A stretch of DNA of 64,000 bases from Candidatus Latescibacterota bacterium (GTDB lineage: Bacteria; Latescibacterota; UBA2968; GCA-2709665), in contig OZ220733.1 of NCBI GenBank assembly GCA_965116875.1, positions 5,389,093-5,453,092 on the forward strand. The letters run 5' to 3'. Positions 49,797-59,469 of the stretch are shown piece by piece (within the stretch, counting starts at the first letter, position 1; each line of letters begins with the position of its first letter). Position numbers and translations under genes: made by a program. The notes under the pieces are model-generated. The model did not search any database and had not been told where the DNA came from. It was given only the letters and a program-made list of their open reading frames with translations.

Positions 49797-49884
49797 GACG
49801 CTGAGCTTGTCGAAGCGCCCGCGTTTCGGCGAGCTTTTCCTTCGCCGACCCTTCGACAAGCTCAGGGAGCGGCTCAGGGTGGCC
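49797..49884. repeat. REP-like inverted pair with nesting
   Basis: ctgagcttgtcgaag ... cccttcgacaagctcagggagcggctcaggg. Confidence 0.75.
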
Positions 49885-49986
49885 CGTCAATGTTCTGAAA
49901 AAGTAGACTATCGGGTGCTGCCCGTAATCTGTGTTAGTATGGCCGACATGGTGGTTCGAGCTTTCAGGACGCTAGACTTGGGAGTC

Positions 49987-50850
49987 TTATATCAATGTTT
50001 CCACAGCCTTCAAAAGGGTATCAGAGGCTACTGAGTAGCCCTGGTGGGCTTCAAAATTGAGAATTGCAACTCGCGTTTTCCAAAGTCCATCCAGAGTTTC
50101 AGCCGCTTCATATGTTGTCGTACAGTCGGTTACAACGATAGGCATGTAACCCATGCGACTCATATTTCTTATGCCATGAGGTTTATTCATCAGACATTCA
50201 TCGGTCTCAAAGCCCATATAGAACAGAATCTTGATACGCTTTTCAGCAAGCAGCCGATGAAACTGGTCCCCGGAATACACCAGTAAATCGCCCTCCCGGG
50301 GTTCAACGGGTTCAGGTATCGATATTTGATGATAGAGTTTCCCATGAATATTCGCCCAATCCTTCATGCGGAATATCAATTCGCGATGCTGATTTTTCCA
50401 ATTATCCACCCACTCTTGAGGAGGCCATTGACTGTCTCGATCTTCGTTTGAACTCTCAGAAGAAGCAGAATTCGCGGACAGGCTTTGGCGTTCTTCAACG
50501 GTTGTTGACCGATTCCATTGAGGGTAGTCTTTCAGAAAATCCGCTTGATTGCAGTGAAAAATCTGGAAATCCATCTCCCGGAGCCTATTTACCAGTGGCC
50601 CGACTTTTGTCTCCGTAATTCGGCGTTTTCGTTCTGCGTGGGAGCGACCTCGTTCAAAACTTCGATCGCCAAGTTCCTCGTCGAAGGGGCCATCATCCCA
50701 ACCAAAATTCCAGAAATCGACCAACGCAATCCCCACTTCCTTGACGTCAAAGGTAAATGGGATGCTACGCCGGGAAAATGTCTCCTCAGTGTACGGCAAT
50801 CCATCCTGGGGGCTGCGTGGCGTATATTCAAGATCGACCGTGAAACCCAT
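49987..50850 (-). CDS. Isochorismatase-like (cysteine hydrolase) protein
   Basis: ALVDFWN, YMGFETDEC, VVTDCT; start at MGFTVD. Confidence 0.75.
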   Translation of the reverse strand: MGFTVDLEYTPRSPQDGLPYTEETFSRRSIPFTFDVKEVGIALVDFWNFGWDDGPFDEELGDRSFERGRSHAERKRRITETKVGPLVNRLREMDFQIFHCNQADFLKDYPQWNRSTTVEERQSLSANSASSESSNEDRDSQWPPQEWVDNWKNQHRELIFRMKDWANIHGKLYHQISIPEPVEPREGDLLVYSGDQFHRLLAEKRIKILFYMGFETDECLMNKPHGIRNMSRMGYMPIVVTDCTTTYEAAETLDGLWKTRVAILNFEAHQGYSVASDTLLKAVETLI

Positions 50851-50960
50851 GGGATGTCCTTTTTTTGGCGCAGGACGTGACGTCTGGCGTTTGGGGCAGC
50901 ATTGCACGAATCGTCACGCCGCTTCCCGAACCTGGTTGGGGGTATGTTGTTGAATGAGTA

Positions 50961-51611
50961 CTAAGTTTGCATCAGTTGATGAATCAGCGGCGGGACCTGA
51001 CGGATGTCGCTCAGTTGCCGCAGGGCGCCGGTGAAATCCAGACCCCGCGTCAGGCCGTACGGAATGACGATGCAGCGCAGCCCGGCCGCCAGTGCGGCGC
51101 GCAGCCCCCGGTCCGAGTCTTCGATAACGACGCATTCGGCGGCGCTGAGGCCGTTCTGCCGCATGGCCGTGAGGTAGGGCTCCGGGTCGGGCTTGGAATG
51201 CCGGTAGTCTTCACGCATCAGCGTGAAGTCAATGTAGTCCAGCATGCCGGTGCTGGCGTGGATGATCTCAAAGTGCTCCCGCCGCGAACTGGTGACGATG
51301 CCCATGCGCACCGTGCCGTGAAGTTGGCGCAGCACCTGGCGCGCGTCGCCGATGACGGGCACGCCGGCCCTCACGAGTTCGGTGAAGCGGGCGTTGCGCC
51401 GGTTGCGGGCGGACTCCAGCGTCTGTTCGTCTATGCGGTGTTCCGTGCCGATTCTCCTGAGGCCGTCGCTGGACTTGAGGAAGAACTCGATGAAACGGGC
51501 TTCGCTCAGGTGGACGCCGAGGGGTTCCAGGGTTTCGCGGCAGGCCTGGAAGTACAGGCCCTCGGTGTCGACCAGGACGCCGTCGTTGTCCCATAGAATG
51601 GCTTTCAGCAT
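50961..51611 (-). CDS. HAD family phosphatase
   Basis: WDNDGVLVDTE, SKPDPEPY, IEDSDRG. Confidence 0.92.
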   Translation of the reverse strand: MLKAILWDNDGVLVDTEGLYFQACRETLEPLGVHLSEARFIEFFLKSSDGLRRIGTEHRIDEQTLESARNRRNARFTELVRAGVPVIGDARQVLRQLHGTVRMGIVTSSRREHFEIIHASTGMLDYIDFTLMREDYRHSKPDPEPYLTAMRQNGLSAAECVVIEDSDRGLRAALAAGLRCIVIPYGLTRGLDFTGALRQLSDIRQVPPLIHQLMQT

Positions 51612-51714
51612 GGCGCTTTATATCCTTTCCGCCGCCTGGTTGACCGCTGTCAGCCCCATCACGGCGAAACCTGTCACGGGCAGAGCAAAAGCGCGTACCA
51701 TCTGGCTACCGTTT

Positions 51715-52470
51715 CTACGTGACCGGCCTGAATCTGGCTTGAAGGATCCTCTGGGCCGACAACTCACCAAACGGCGCACCACAACCCCTGAGATCCTCCG
51801 CAACCTTGTGGTAATCGTACCTCAATCTGTGATTTTCCACGTGCCATTGCTGCCCGTCCCACCACACGCTGGCATATCCCGCTCGATGATCCCCGTCATA
51901 CGGAAACCCAACCGAATCGATGATGCTGTATCGCTGACCGCACGGAACGCCACAGGACGCGTAGTGAAGGTGTCCCGCCACAATCCGATCGGCCTTCACA
52001 TCCCCCAGCAGTGTCCTGGCCTCCGCTTCCGGAGTTATCGGCCGAAGACTGAACGGAACAGGTTGAAGCACCAACATACCGTTCACATCAGCAGGCGTTG
52101 CGTGCACAATGAGAAGATCATCCTCCGGAGACTGCCCTCCCGGCGGCGTTATCCGGTGCTCGAAGGGCAGACCCTTCAGATAGCTCAAGCCATCCGTTCC
52201 CAATTTCTCTCTCACCCAGTCCAGTCGTTCCTCGGAATGCTGTTCATCGAAGACCAGCAGGTCCGTGTTCCCGTAGATCGTGGAAACACCCAGATTCCGT
52301 ATTGCGTCAAGACTCTCGGCGGGACGGGGTCCGCTCAGCACCAGGTCGCCGGCGACCACCAGACTGTCACAGGGTCGGTTTCGCAAATCCTCAAGAACGG
52401 CGTTGAGCGCAGCCGCGTTGCCATGAATATCGGAAATTACCGCAACTGAGTATGACTGCGCATCATTCAT
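51715..52470 (-). CDS. Metallophosphoesterase (calcineurin-like)
   Basis: ISDIHGN, AGDLV, GNTD, GHLH. Confidence 0.92.
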   Translation of the reverse strand: MNDAQSYSVAVISDIHGNAAALNAVLEDLRNRPCDSLVVAGDLVLSGPRPAESLDAIRNLGVSTIYGNTDLLVFDEQHSEERLDWVREKLGTDGLSYLKGLPFEHRITPPGGQSPEDDLLIVHATPADVNGMLVLQPVPFSLRPITPEAEARTLLGDVKADRIVAGHLHYASCGVPCGQRYSIIDSVGFPYDGDHRAGYASVWWDGQQWHVENHRLRYDYHKVAEDLRGCGAPFGELSAQRILQARFRPVT

Positions 52471-52567
52471 ATCACGTCTCCAGTATCAGGATGTGGCGGT
52501 GAACGGTAGCAAGTCGAAGACCAATAGTCCGCGCCGGGTCGAGGCCGATTCCTGGCGCCTGAACAGC

Positions 52568-53443
52568 CTATATCTCAACCGTCGTAAGCTCGTCAGGATG
52601 CACGATACAACCGCTGTATCCATTCCCACGGTAGCCCCGGCGGAGCCTGCCGACGACGTCCTCACTGCGCGGCGAACCGCAGTGGATGACAACGACCCTC
52701 GATATTCCAGCTTCATTGGCGATGTCAACGACCTCTGAAATGTCCGCGCTGACGCCCCGGATCGGATGCGAAGCATCTTCGTCACTCTCTTTGAAATTGC
52801 GTATAGAGAGCCCCGTAACGAATGTATCAACCCCCCTGGCCAATGGCCTCAGTTCGGGACAGTCTGCTCCATCGCACAGAAAGAGCACGCTGCCGTTATC
52901 CGTATCGATCCGGTACGCCAGCTCGGTCAGGTAGGGCTCGACATGAGGAACCTGTACAGCCGTCGCCTTCCAACCTTTCCCCTCGACAACCGCTCCTGAA
53001 CCGATGTCGGATACATCCACCTTTATGCCCGGACGGGGCAGCGTCCCGCCTCTCCCCACGTGCCCGTGGTGACTGATGTGGTGTTCCCGACGCGCAACGA
53101 CGTCGGAACGGAAGGCGCCGTCCTTGCCAAAAAGCCGATCGACGAATTCGACAGTCGGAGGTGGGCCAAAGACTCTGAGGGGAGGAAGATCGCCGGGGTC
53201 GAGATCGAACCGCAGCAAGGCAAAGCACGGGAAATCAACGATATGATCCGAATGATGGTGAGTCAGGAAAACCGAATTCACCTGTGCAGGGCTCATTCCC
53301 ATGCGTGCCATCTTGTAGGTTGTGCCGGGGCCGCAATCAACCACGATGCGATCGTCACCGAGATCGAGAATGCAGGAACACCCGTACCGTTCACCCATTC
53401 GGCTGGGACGCGGACCACCGTTACCGAGAATGTGTAGCTTCAT
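52568..53443 (-). CDS. MBL-fold metallohydrolase (RNase Z-like)
   Basis: DCGPG, THHHSDH. Confidence 0.9.
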   Translation of the reverse strand: MKLHILGNGGPRPSRMGERYGCSCILDLGDDRIVVDCGPGTTYKMARMGMSPAQVNSVFLTHHHSDHIVDFPCFALLRFDLDPGDLPPLRVFGPPPTVEFVDRLFGKDGAFRSDVVARREHHISHHGHVGRGGTLPRPGIKVDVSDIGSGAVVEGKGWKATAVQVPHVEPYLTELAYRIDTDNGSVLFLCDGADCPELRPLARGVDTFVTGLSIRNFKESDEDASHPIRGVSADISEVVDIANEAGISRVVVIHCGSPRSEDVVGRLRRGYRGNGYSGCIVHPDELTTVEI

Positions 53444-53590
53444 TTGACAGTCACCGGACAGCCTTTCACGTATTATGCGCTCATGTTGGTCTTCTCGCCG
53501 CCAACTCTCGATTATGCGGAAAAATCCGGTCGAAAAGACTCCGTATGGCTCGTTCGCTGTAGAACAAGTCCATCAAGAAAAAGACCCTGC

Positions 53591-54904
53591 TCAGATTCGG
53601 CCCTCTTCGGGCACCTCGCGCCCGCCGTCCCAGAAGCCTGGCTTGTCCGTCCCCGACGGCCAGTACCCGCCAGCGTCTTCATCCCACTGATTTCCGCACA
53701 TCGACGAGATGATGTTCCATTCCGCCGCCCCGAAATCCGGCTCGGGATGGTACAGGAAGCGCTTCAACCCCGCCTCTCGCGAAGCAGTCAGGATACCGTG
53801 GAGATCGCGCGCCTGCATCGGGTCGCCTCCATGGGGGCGGCGCCCGGTGGACACCCAGGCGATCACCTTGTCGGGATCGCCTATGGCCGCCAGTGCCCGC
53901 CGGGTCTCGTTGTAGACCACCCCGGAGAAGAATTCGTCGGGAAAGCCCATCTCCATGTCCATAAGCGAGTTGACGCCGGGCAGTTCGATGCCCAGCAGCG
54001 CCTTCACGACGGCGAAACACTCCGCCTCGCTCAGGGACGGATTCCACTTTCGCAACCGTTTTACCCAGCGGGATATGGTTCCGTACATACCGTCCATGCC
54101 GCGGTGCCAGAAATAGTGTTTGGGAAAAATATAGTCGAAATACTCCGTCATCTGACAGTAATTCTGTCCGGTGAGCGATGACCACGCCGCAGCCCGCGGG
54201 ATACCGCCCAGCTCCACCTTGCGATCGACGGCGTCGACCTGTTGCCGCATGTACTGCCAGTCGAAGCGAGAACGCTCCTGCCGCTTGCGCAGCCAGTAGA
54301 GTACGTCCTCGTTGACGTCGAACAGAAGCATTGCCCCCAGCATCCCGCCATCGGCGTGGTACCGCACCAATTCCGGTGTCAGATTGTGCAAACGCTCCCG
54401 CATGTGGTTGATGCCACGTTGTATTCGATCGATCTCGGCGCCGACCTGGGCGAAGCGGGCCGCCTCACCGGGTCGGACCTCCAGGAGCTCGCCCCCGTGG
54501 TGGAAGGCCAGCTCGTAGTGGTTTTCGCCCGGACCGTCGACAATGACGCCGTGTACCTGAGGGAAAGCGTTCATCTGGTCCTGCACGTGGGCGGTTGGGC
54601 CGCCTCCAGCGAAAATCAGCAGTCGCCAGCCCCGTTTTGCGGCGTTGTCCAGCATGGCGTGCAGCTTCTTCTCTTTTGTGAGGTCGCGCGGACGCTGTTC
54701 CGGGACTTCCGCCCCCAGGGCCTCGTACACCTTCGGATCGGGAGCCCACGCCGGAATGGTGGTGCCATCGTCCTGGAGGAATGTCATGCGACCCACGGCC
54801 AGACCGCGCACGCCACCGTCCTCCCAGGCGTCGAACCGCTCCTCGAATCCGTCGAGCCAGTGTTCGAACGGGCTGTCACTGCAGGTGAATACCCAGAGTT
54901 TCAT
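53591..54904 (-). CDS. Conserved hypothetical protein, paralogue of 45111-46487
   Basis: Same conserved motifs as 45111-46487. Confidence 0.85.
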   Translation of the reverse strand: MKLWVFTCSDSPFEHWLDGFEERFDAWEDGGVRGLAVGRMTFLQDDGTTIPAWAPDPKVYEALGAEVPEQRPRDLTKEKKLHAMLDNAAKRGWRLLIFAGGGPTAHVQDQMNAFPQVHGVIVDGPGENHYELAFHHGGELLEVRPGEAARFAQVGAEIDRIQRGINHMRERLHNLTPELVRYHADGGMLGAMLLFDVNEDVLYWLRKRQERSRFDWQYMRQQVDAVDRKVELGGIPRAAAWSSLTGQNYCQMTEYFDYIFPKHYFWHRGMDGMYGTISRWVKRLRKWNPSLSEAECFAVVKALLGIELPGVNSLMDMEMGFPDEFFSGVVYNETRRALAAIGDPDKVIAWVSTGRRPHGGDPMQARDLHGILTASREAGLKRFLYHPEPDFGAAEWNIISSMCGNQWDEDAGGYWPSGTDKPGFWDGGREVPEEGRI

Positions 54905-54920
54905 TTTCCCCTCCTTTGGG

Positions 54921-54966
54921 GCCCGTTGAAAAAGCCCATCCGGTCTACGGCCGATCCTTGCGGCGA
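54921..54966. mobile_element. Truncated copy of MITE family 1
   Basis: gcccgttgaaaaagcccatccggtctacggccgatccttgcgg matches 33519-33561. Confidence 0.75.
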
Positions 54967-54991
54967 ACCGTCACTAACTCATTCGGACTGA

Positions 54992-55402
54992 TCAACTCGG
55001 CTTAGACACATCAGGCCTATCATTGAGCTTGTGGATTCCGATCTGATTCCCGTCCGGGTCCTTGATGACGGCGATGCTGCAGCGGGCGCTTTCGAAGGGT
55101 CCCAGTTCAAACGATACGCCACAGCTTTCAATGTGCGCGACGGCCGCTTCGAAATCCTCCACTTCCACCGAGAGTCCCGCGCTGAGGACGGCCGGCGGTT
55201 TCCCTTGAAACCAGGTCGTGGTGACCGCGAGCGTATCGTGGGGCCCGACGGCGTACTCGATAAAACCGTCATCCCCGTCGGGGCCGCGCGGAGGGTCAAT
55301 GACTTCAGGTTCCGGCAGGCGCAGAACCGTCTCGTAGAATTCACGCGCGCGCTTGAGACTCGTCACCGGGTGGCCGACGAAAGCGAATCCTCTGATTTTC
55401 AC
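54992..55402 (-). CDS. VOC (glyoxalase/bleomycin resistance) family protein
   Basis: AREFYETVL, VEDFEAAV, KDPDGNQIGIH. Confidence 0.9.
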   Translation of the reverse strand: MKIRGFAFVGHPVTSLKRAREFYETVLRLPEPEVIDPPRGPDGDDGFIEYAVGPHDTLAVTTTWFQGKPPAVLSAGLSVEVEDFEAAVAHIESCGVSFELGPFESARCSIAVIKDPDGNQIGIHKLNDRPDVSKPS

Positions 55403-55420
55403 GCGACTTTCCTCTTCTGT

Positions 55421-55977
55421 TCATTCTTTCAGATTGTCAGTTCGTTGCAGATGCGCCAACATATGTTGTCTGACTTTTCTCTTCAAGTTCCTCTTTCTGT
55501 CCCGCTCTTCCTTTTTTTTCTGCCGTTCCTCTCTTCTTGTTTTGCGATGCTGTTGTCTTTTTTTTCTTTCTGAATCCATTCTGCTCTATTGGCTAAGAAG
55601 TTGTTTTAAAATTACCGGTGAGTTCCCGAGCGCGAGCGAAGAAGTGGCGGTCAAGGCGGGAAAATCCGCGCATATTTGTCTATACGGGTGGGTTTGACCA
55701 ACGCCGACCGGCGCTTTTGCAGCCGCGCGAAGACCGCTGGGAATTTTAAGACAGCTTCTAAGATTTCAGGGCTGCTCTTTTCGCCATATGAAAGGTCGCT
55801 GAGAAAATCTATGATTTCATGCTGTCTTCCTCCAATGAAATCTGTGGCCCCGGGCCGAGTCAGTCCTCCCTCAAGTTCCCAATGATACCTGTGAATCAAG
55901 GTGTCTATGAGGACCATCTTCTCTCTTGGAGAACTCGCAGTCCGGTATTTCAGCTGGACCTGCAGCCTGACGTGCAA
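55421..55977 (-). pseudogene. C-terminal remnant of a hypothetical gene interrupted by MITE family 2
   Basis: Excising the MITE joins SSPEIL to ANRAEWIQK in frame. Confidence 0.6.
55597..55758. mobile_element. MITE family 2 (162 bp)
   Basis: TIR GAAGTTGTTTTAAAATT / AATTTTAAGACAGCTTC, TAA duplicated on both sides; partial copy at 61670. Confidence 0.85.
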
Positions 55978-56022
55978 TCTGACTCGGCAGCCCGGGTGGT
56001 GTGGGGTTCTCAGCGCCCGGCA

Positions 56023-56811
56023 TCAGGCCCTGGTCTTGACAAGTGCACCTGCGTCGTCGTCACCAAACAGCCACCCAGTGTCATCATTCCCGAATCGTTC
56101 ATTTATCTCATTGGCATTGGGTAACAACGCGTAGGATTCCGGAGTATTTATCTTTGAAGTTCGAGGATCGAGGTGGTAGTCCAGCTCATCACACGTGGCT
56201 AACTCAAGCCCCAGGAATTCGAAGATCTCCCTGGCGGCAGCACGATTCGTCCCGAGGTCGTCGGTGTAGAGATTCTCGTAGTAGACCTTCAAGTAAGTAC
56301 CGGTTGCGCGCCGTTCAATCACATTGTTGTAGTAGACCCTGAGCTCTTTCGCGTATTCAAGACCGTCGGCGATCTTGTCTACGGAGACAGGCTTCAGACT
56401 CCGATACCTCTGCCTGGTCTGCTCATTCAAGTCCGAAATCTGCCAGACTCTCGTTTGTTCGGCTATGCATCCGGAGACTTCGGCCCGTAGCAGATTCGCC
56501 CTTCGCAGGAAAATGACGGTGACCTCAGGAGAAAGCAACAGATGGGTGTACAACTTTTCTGGTAGTTGGTAGCTGAGGATCTTGATCCCGTTGTACTTCG
56601 CAAAGAGTTCGTCAAGGGCTTTTTCAAGCGACGGAACGTCCTCAATGAAGTCTACGTAGTTCCTCTCACCCGGGTTTTCCTTTGCATATCCGTGCCAGAA
56701 CGGTTCCAGCGCGACGTTCATCAGGGGATGCAGTTGCAAAATGCGGTAGAGCGTCGTACTTCCGCTTCGCGCATGTGCAAAGATGACGGTTCTTTCCGGA
56801 GGATCTTCCAT
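56023..56811 (-). CDS. Sulfotransferase-like protein (Stf0-like)
   Basis: AHARSGST, IFLRRANLL...S, YYENL. Confidence 0.8.
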   Translation of the reverse strand: MEDPPERTVIFAHARSGSTTLYRILQLHPLMNVALEPFWHGYAKENPGERNYVDFIEDVPSLEKALDELFAKYNGIKILSYQLPEKLYTHLLLSPEVTVIFLRRANLLRAEVSGCIAEQTRVWQISDLNEQTRQRYRSLKPVSVDKIADGLEYAKELRVYYNNVIERRATGTYLKVYYENLYTDDLGTNRAAAREIFEFLGLELATCDELDYHLDPRTSKINTPESYALLPNANEINERFGNDDTGWLFGDDDAGALVKTRA

Positions 56812-56867
56812 CTCGTAACTCTGACAACCAACGAGGCAAAACCGGTCAGGGTCCTGGCTGGCATTTC

Positions 56868-57013
56868 AGGTAACGTTTTCGCCACTTGCGAACCCGCCCG
56901 GCCTTTTCCGGCGGGTTGCCGTCAGGCCAATGAGTCCTTCGACATTTCGACAGGCTCAATGCAAGCAAGCTCAGGATGAACTCCGCGACGCTGCGCAAGT
57001 GGACAGTTTATGC
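56868..57013 (-). repeat. attC-like site, subfamily A, with nested REP-in-REP insertion at 56936-56980
   Basis: aggtaac-gttttcg-CCACTTGCG...CGCAAGTGG-aca-gtttatgc. Confidence 0.75.
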
Positions 57014-57089
57014 GTCTGCACAGGTTTTCACAGCTCAAGCGGCCAAACGGGCACCCTGAATGGGTTTGTCCGATTCTTGACTTTCGGTC

Positions 57090-57662
57090 TCATTCCCCCG
57101 CGCGAGCCAAGTACTGCAGCGCCAGCGAAACTGCTGCGGCCCACGACAGGACTTTGAACTCCCCGGTCCTTAGCGCATCCTCCAGCTCTTCGCGAGCAAG
57201 ATGCAGAAGCTCCTGGTCCTCGATGTCATCACTCGAAGGTTCCGCTACCCGTTGAGCGCCGCAAGCTAAGAATAGATGCCGAACGCCAACGCCGCGATTG
57301 GGATCGACTTTGTAACTGCCGAGATCTATCCATTCGGTCGATTGAAATCCGGTCTCCTCCAGCAGTTCACGCTTAGCGGCGTCAAGAGGATCTTCTCCAG
57401 GTTCGATCATTCCTCCGACTGGAGCCAGGGATGTTCCCTCCACTGCATACTTCGTCTGTCGAAAACAAAGGAACTTTCCGTCCAAAGTGACTGCGAGAAC
57501 AATCGCAGCATCAGGGCCAACTATCCATGGCCAGTCAGAGATAACCTGTCCGTCCGGCCACTCCACCGTGTGACTCTCCACGATCAGGTACGGACCCTGA
57601 TCGATGATAGTGCGACGGGAGAGGGTCCTGAACGGTCGCAGCTCCATACCTTCGGGTCCCAT
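57090..57662 (-). CDS. Nudix hydrolase (ADP-ribose pyrophosphatase-like)
   Basis: GGMIEPGEDPLDAAKRELLEETGF. Confidence 0.92.
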   Translation of the reverse strand: MGPEGMELRPFRTLSRRTIIDQGPYLIVESHTVEWPDGQVISDWPWIVGPDAAIVLAVTLDGKFLCFRQTKYAVEGTSLAPVGGMIEPGEDPLDAAKRELLEETGFQSTEWIDLGSYKVDPNRGVGVRHLFLACGAQRVAEPSSDDIEDQELLHLAREELEDALRTGEFKVLSWAAAVSLALQYLARAGE

Positions 57663-57723
57663 CTGTCCTCCGACGTTTACGCCCTGTTTCGGGAGGTTTT
57701 ATCACGACGCCCGGTTGCCGTTT

Positions 57724-58173
57724 TTATCGTATTGGGGTTAACTCTTTGAACAGGAAAAGCTCCCCCAGCTCGTCCTCAAACGGGAAACCTGCCAGAAACC
57801 CGCACTCGGAAAACCCCATGTGTCTATGCCATGTCTGCGGCTCGTATTCATTGACAACGCACGAACTCAACAGGATCCTGTGGCCTCGGCGCCGCAGATC
57901 ACCTTCTACGAACGCCAACATAGCCTTCCCAACACCTTTTCGCTGGTGCTCACGCAATACGTTTATCAGGCTGATGAATGCGGTGCCGCCATCATGTCCT
58001 GGCCACAAAAAGCACAGGTGAAGCACTCCCACGAGTTCACCCTGCAGTTCCGCGACGATCACTTCGTTTATGCCGGAAATCTGCTCAGCAAATCGATTCG
58101 AGTCAAACGTGGCATTCTTTACACACCACTCGACGTCTGCCTTGCCAGCAAGTCTCACCAGTATGTCTGCCAT
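57724..58173 (-). CDS. GNAT family N-acetyltransferase
   Basis: VLREHQRKGVG, WHRHMGFSECG. Confidence 0.9.
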   Translation of the reverse strand: MADILVRLAGKADVEWCVKNATFDSNRFAEQISGINEVIVAELQGELVGVLHLCFLWPGHDGGTAFISLINVLREHQRKGVGKAMLAFVEGDLRRRGHRILLSSCVVNEYEPQTWHRHMGFSECGFLAGFPFEDELGELFLFKELTPIR

Positions 58174-58267
58174 GGTTCACCGTATATCGCGGGACAATCA
58201 AGGCTTTCGCTCAACGGCGCGGCCGTTCCTGAACCGCGCAGCTGTTTTCTGCTCCGTCCAACGCAGC

Positions 58268-58303
58268 GGGGCTTACGTCGCACGACGTAAGCCCCTTTTG
58301 TTT
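58268..58303 (+). terminator. Intrinsic terminator-like hairpin (U-tract on the plus strand)
   Basis: GGGGCTTACGTCG-ca-CGACGTAAGCCCC-TTTTGTTT. Confidence 0.6.
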
Positions 58304-58416
58304 CACCTCTTCGACGAGGTCCAACCCACGCCACCCTCATCGGCCCTGCCCCTTCCGGCACGCCATCGCCCGGAAGGACGAGGAGAAGGGCAGTGTCGAC
58401 CGGCTCCTGTTTCGGT

Positions 58417-59469
58417 CTATAGCAGATGGTCCAGGATGAGATTGGTTGATTCAACGATGCGTTGATCGCGAGGCCGTAGATCCGGCTCGAATGCCTTGCC
58501 CGTTAGATGCTGCAGACCCTGAATGTAGCGGACAGCGATTTCGGCAGCCTGCTCGTCCGTGAACTGCTGGTCCTTCTCGGTAACCATTCCTCGCGCGAAT
58601 TCTTTCGAAAACGAAACCGGTTTGCCATCCCGCGTCAGCGGCTGTCCGCCGCCGTCCATACGCCAGAAGCGGCTCGAGTCCATCGTGTACAATTCGTCTG
58701 CCGCCACGATCCGATCTTCTGTGTTGACCCCGTGTTCCGTTTTCGTGTCCACGAGGATCATTCCGCGCTCGGCGAGATACTGGGAGACCATCCCGAAAGC
58801 CATGATGGATGCGTTGCGGAGCTCGTTGTATTGGCCGGGCGTGCAAACATTGTTGTCAAAGAGATACTGAGGATCGATCGTACGATCCACCTTGTCCTTG
58901 GTGCTCGGCGTATCCATCAGGTATGGCAGCACGCCGTTGGCGGACAACTGGTCCACGTCGATCTGATGGCCCGCATAGTCAAGCGTCTTTTCACCCGCAT
59001 CCCTGGCTTGCAGCCAGTGCTGATAGAGGGACGTCGAGGTGCTGCTCTCGGCGTTATACATCCGAAGGACGTTCTCCACCATGATCAGCTTCAGATTCTC
59101 TGCCGGAATCACCGTCGAACTGGCCTGTAGACCAGGCACCTTGAACTGAGAACTGCCCAATACGTGTTCCACCAGACGCAGCATGTGGTCATGATTGTTA
59201 GCCAACACTTGATCTTTGAACGGGATGGCCCCTCGATTCACATCGTGCGTCGATATCCGGTTGTTCCGGAACATCAGCCGGATCGGCTGGCCTTCGCTGG
59301 TCGCGAGGTTCTCGCCAAACACCGAGTCCGATACCTTCCCCTCCAGGATGGTGCAACCATCGAGACGCGGAAGATCACCATCGGCGATAATCTGCTTGAT
59401 CGGACGCCCCTCATTGACGTGTGCCCCGTACTCGGCCACCAGTTCTCTGATCTGGGTTTCATTCAGCAT
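58417..59469 (-). CDS. purC: SAICAR synthetase (long form)
   Basis: EGKV, RISTHD, IPFKDQVL, TPSTK, ILVDTKTEHG, DELYTMDSSRFW, SKEFAR. Confidence 0.85.
   Translation of the reverse strand: MLNETQIRELVAEYGAHVNEGRPIKQIIADGDLPRLDGCTILEGKVSDSVFGENLATSEGQPIRLMFRNNRISTHDVNRGAIPFKDQVLANNHDHMLRLVEHVLGSSQFKVPGLQASSTVIPAENLKLIMVENVLRMYNAESSTSTSLYQHWLQARDAGEKTLDYAGHQIDVDQLSANGVLPYLMDTPSTKDKVDRTIDPQYLFDNNVCTPGQYNELRNASIMAFGMVSQYLAERGMILVDTKTEHGVNTEDRIVAADELYTMDSSRFWRMDGGGQPLTRDGKPVSFSKEFARGMVTEKDQQFTDEQAAEIAVRYIQGLQHLTGKAFEPDLRPRDQRIVESTNLILDHLL

Noticed and set aside
49645-49890. Pro/Thr-rich ORF in strand-skewed DNA
   Set aside because: Its N-terminus is translated REP sequence and the rest has no recognisable similarity.
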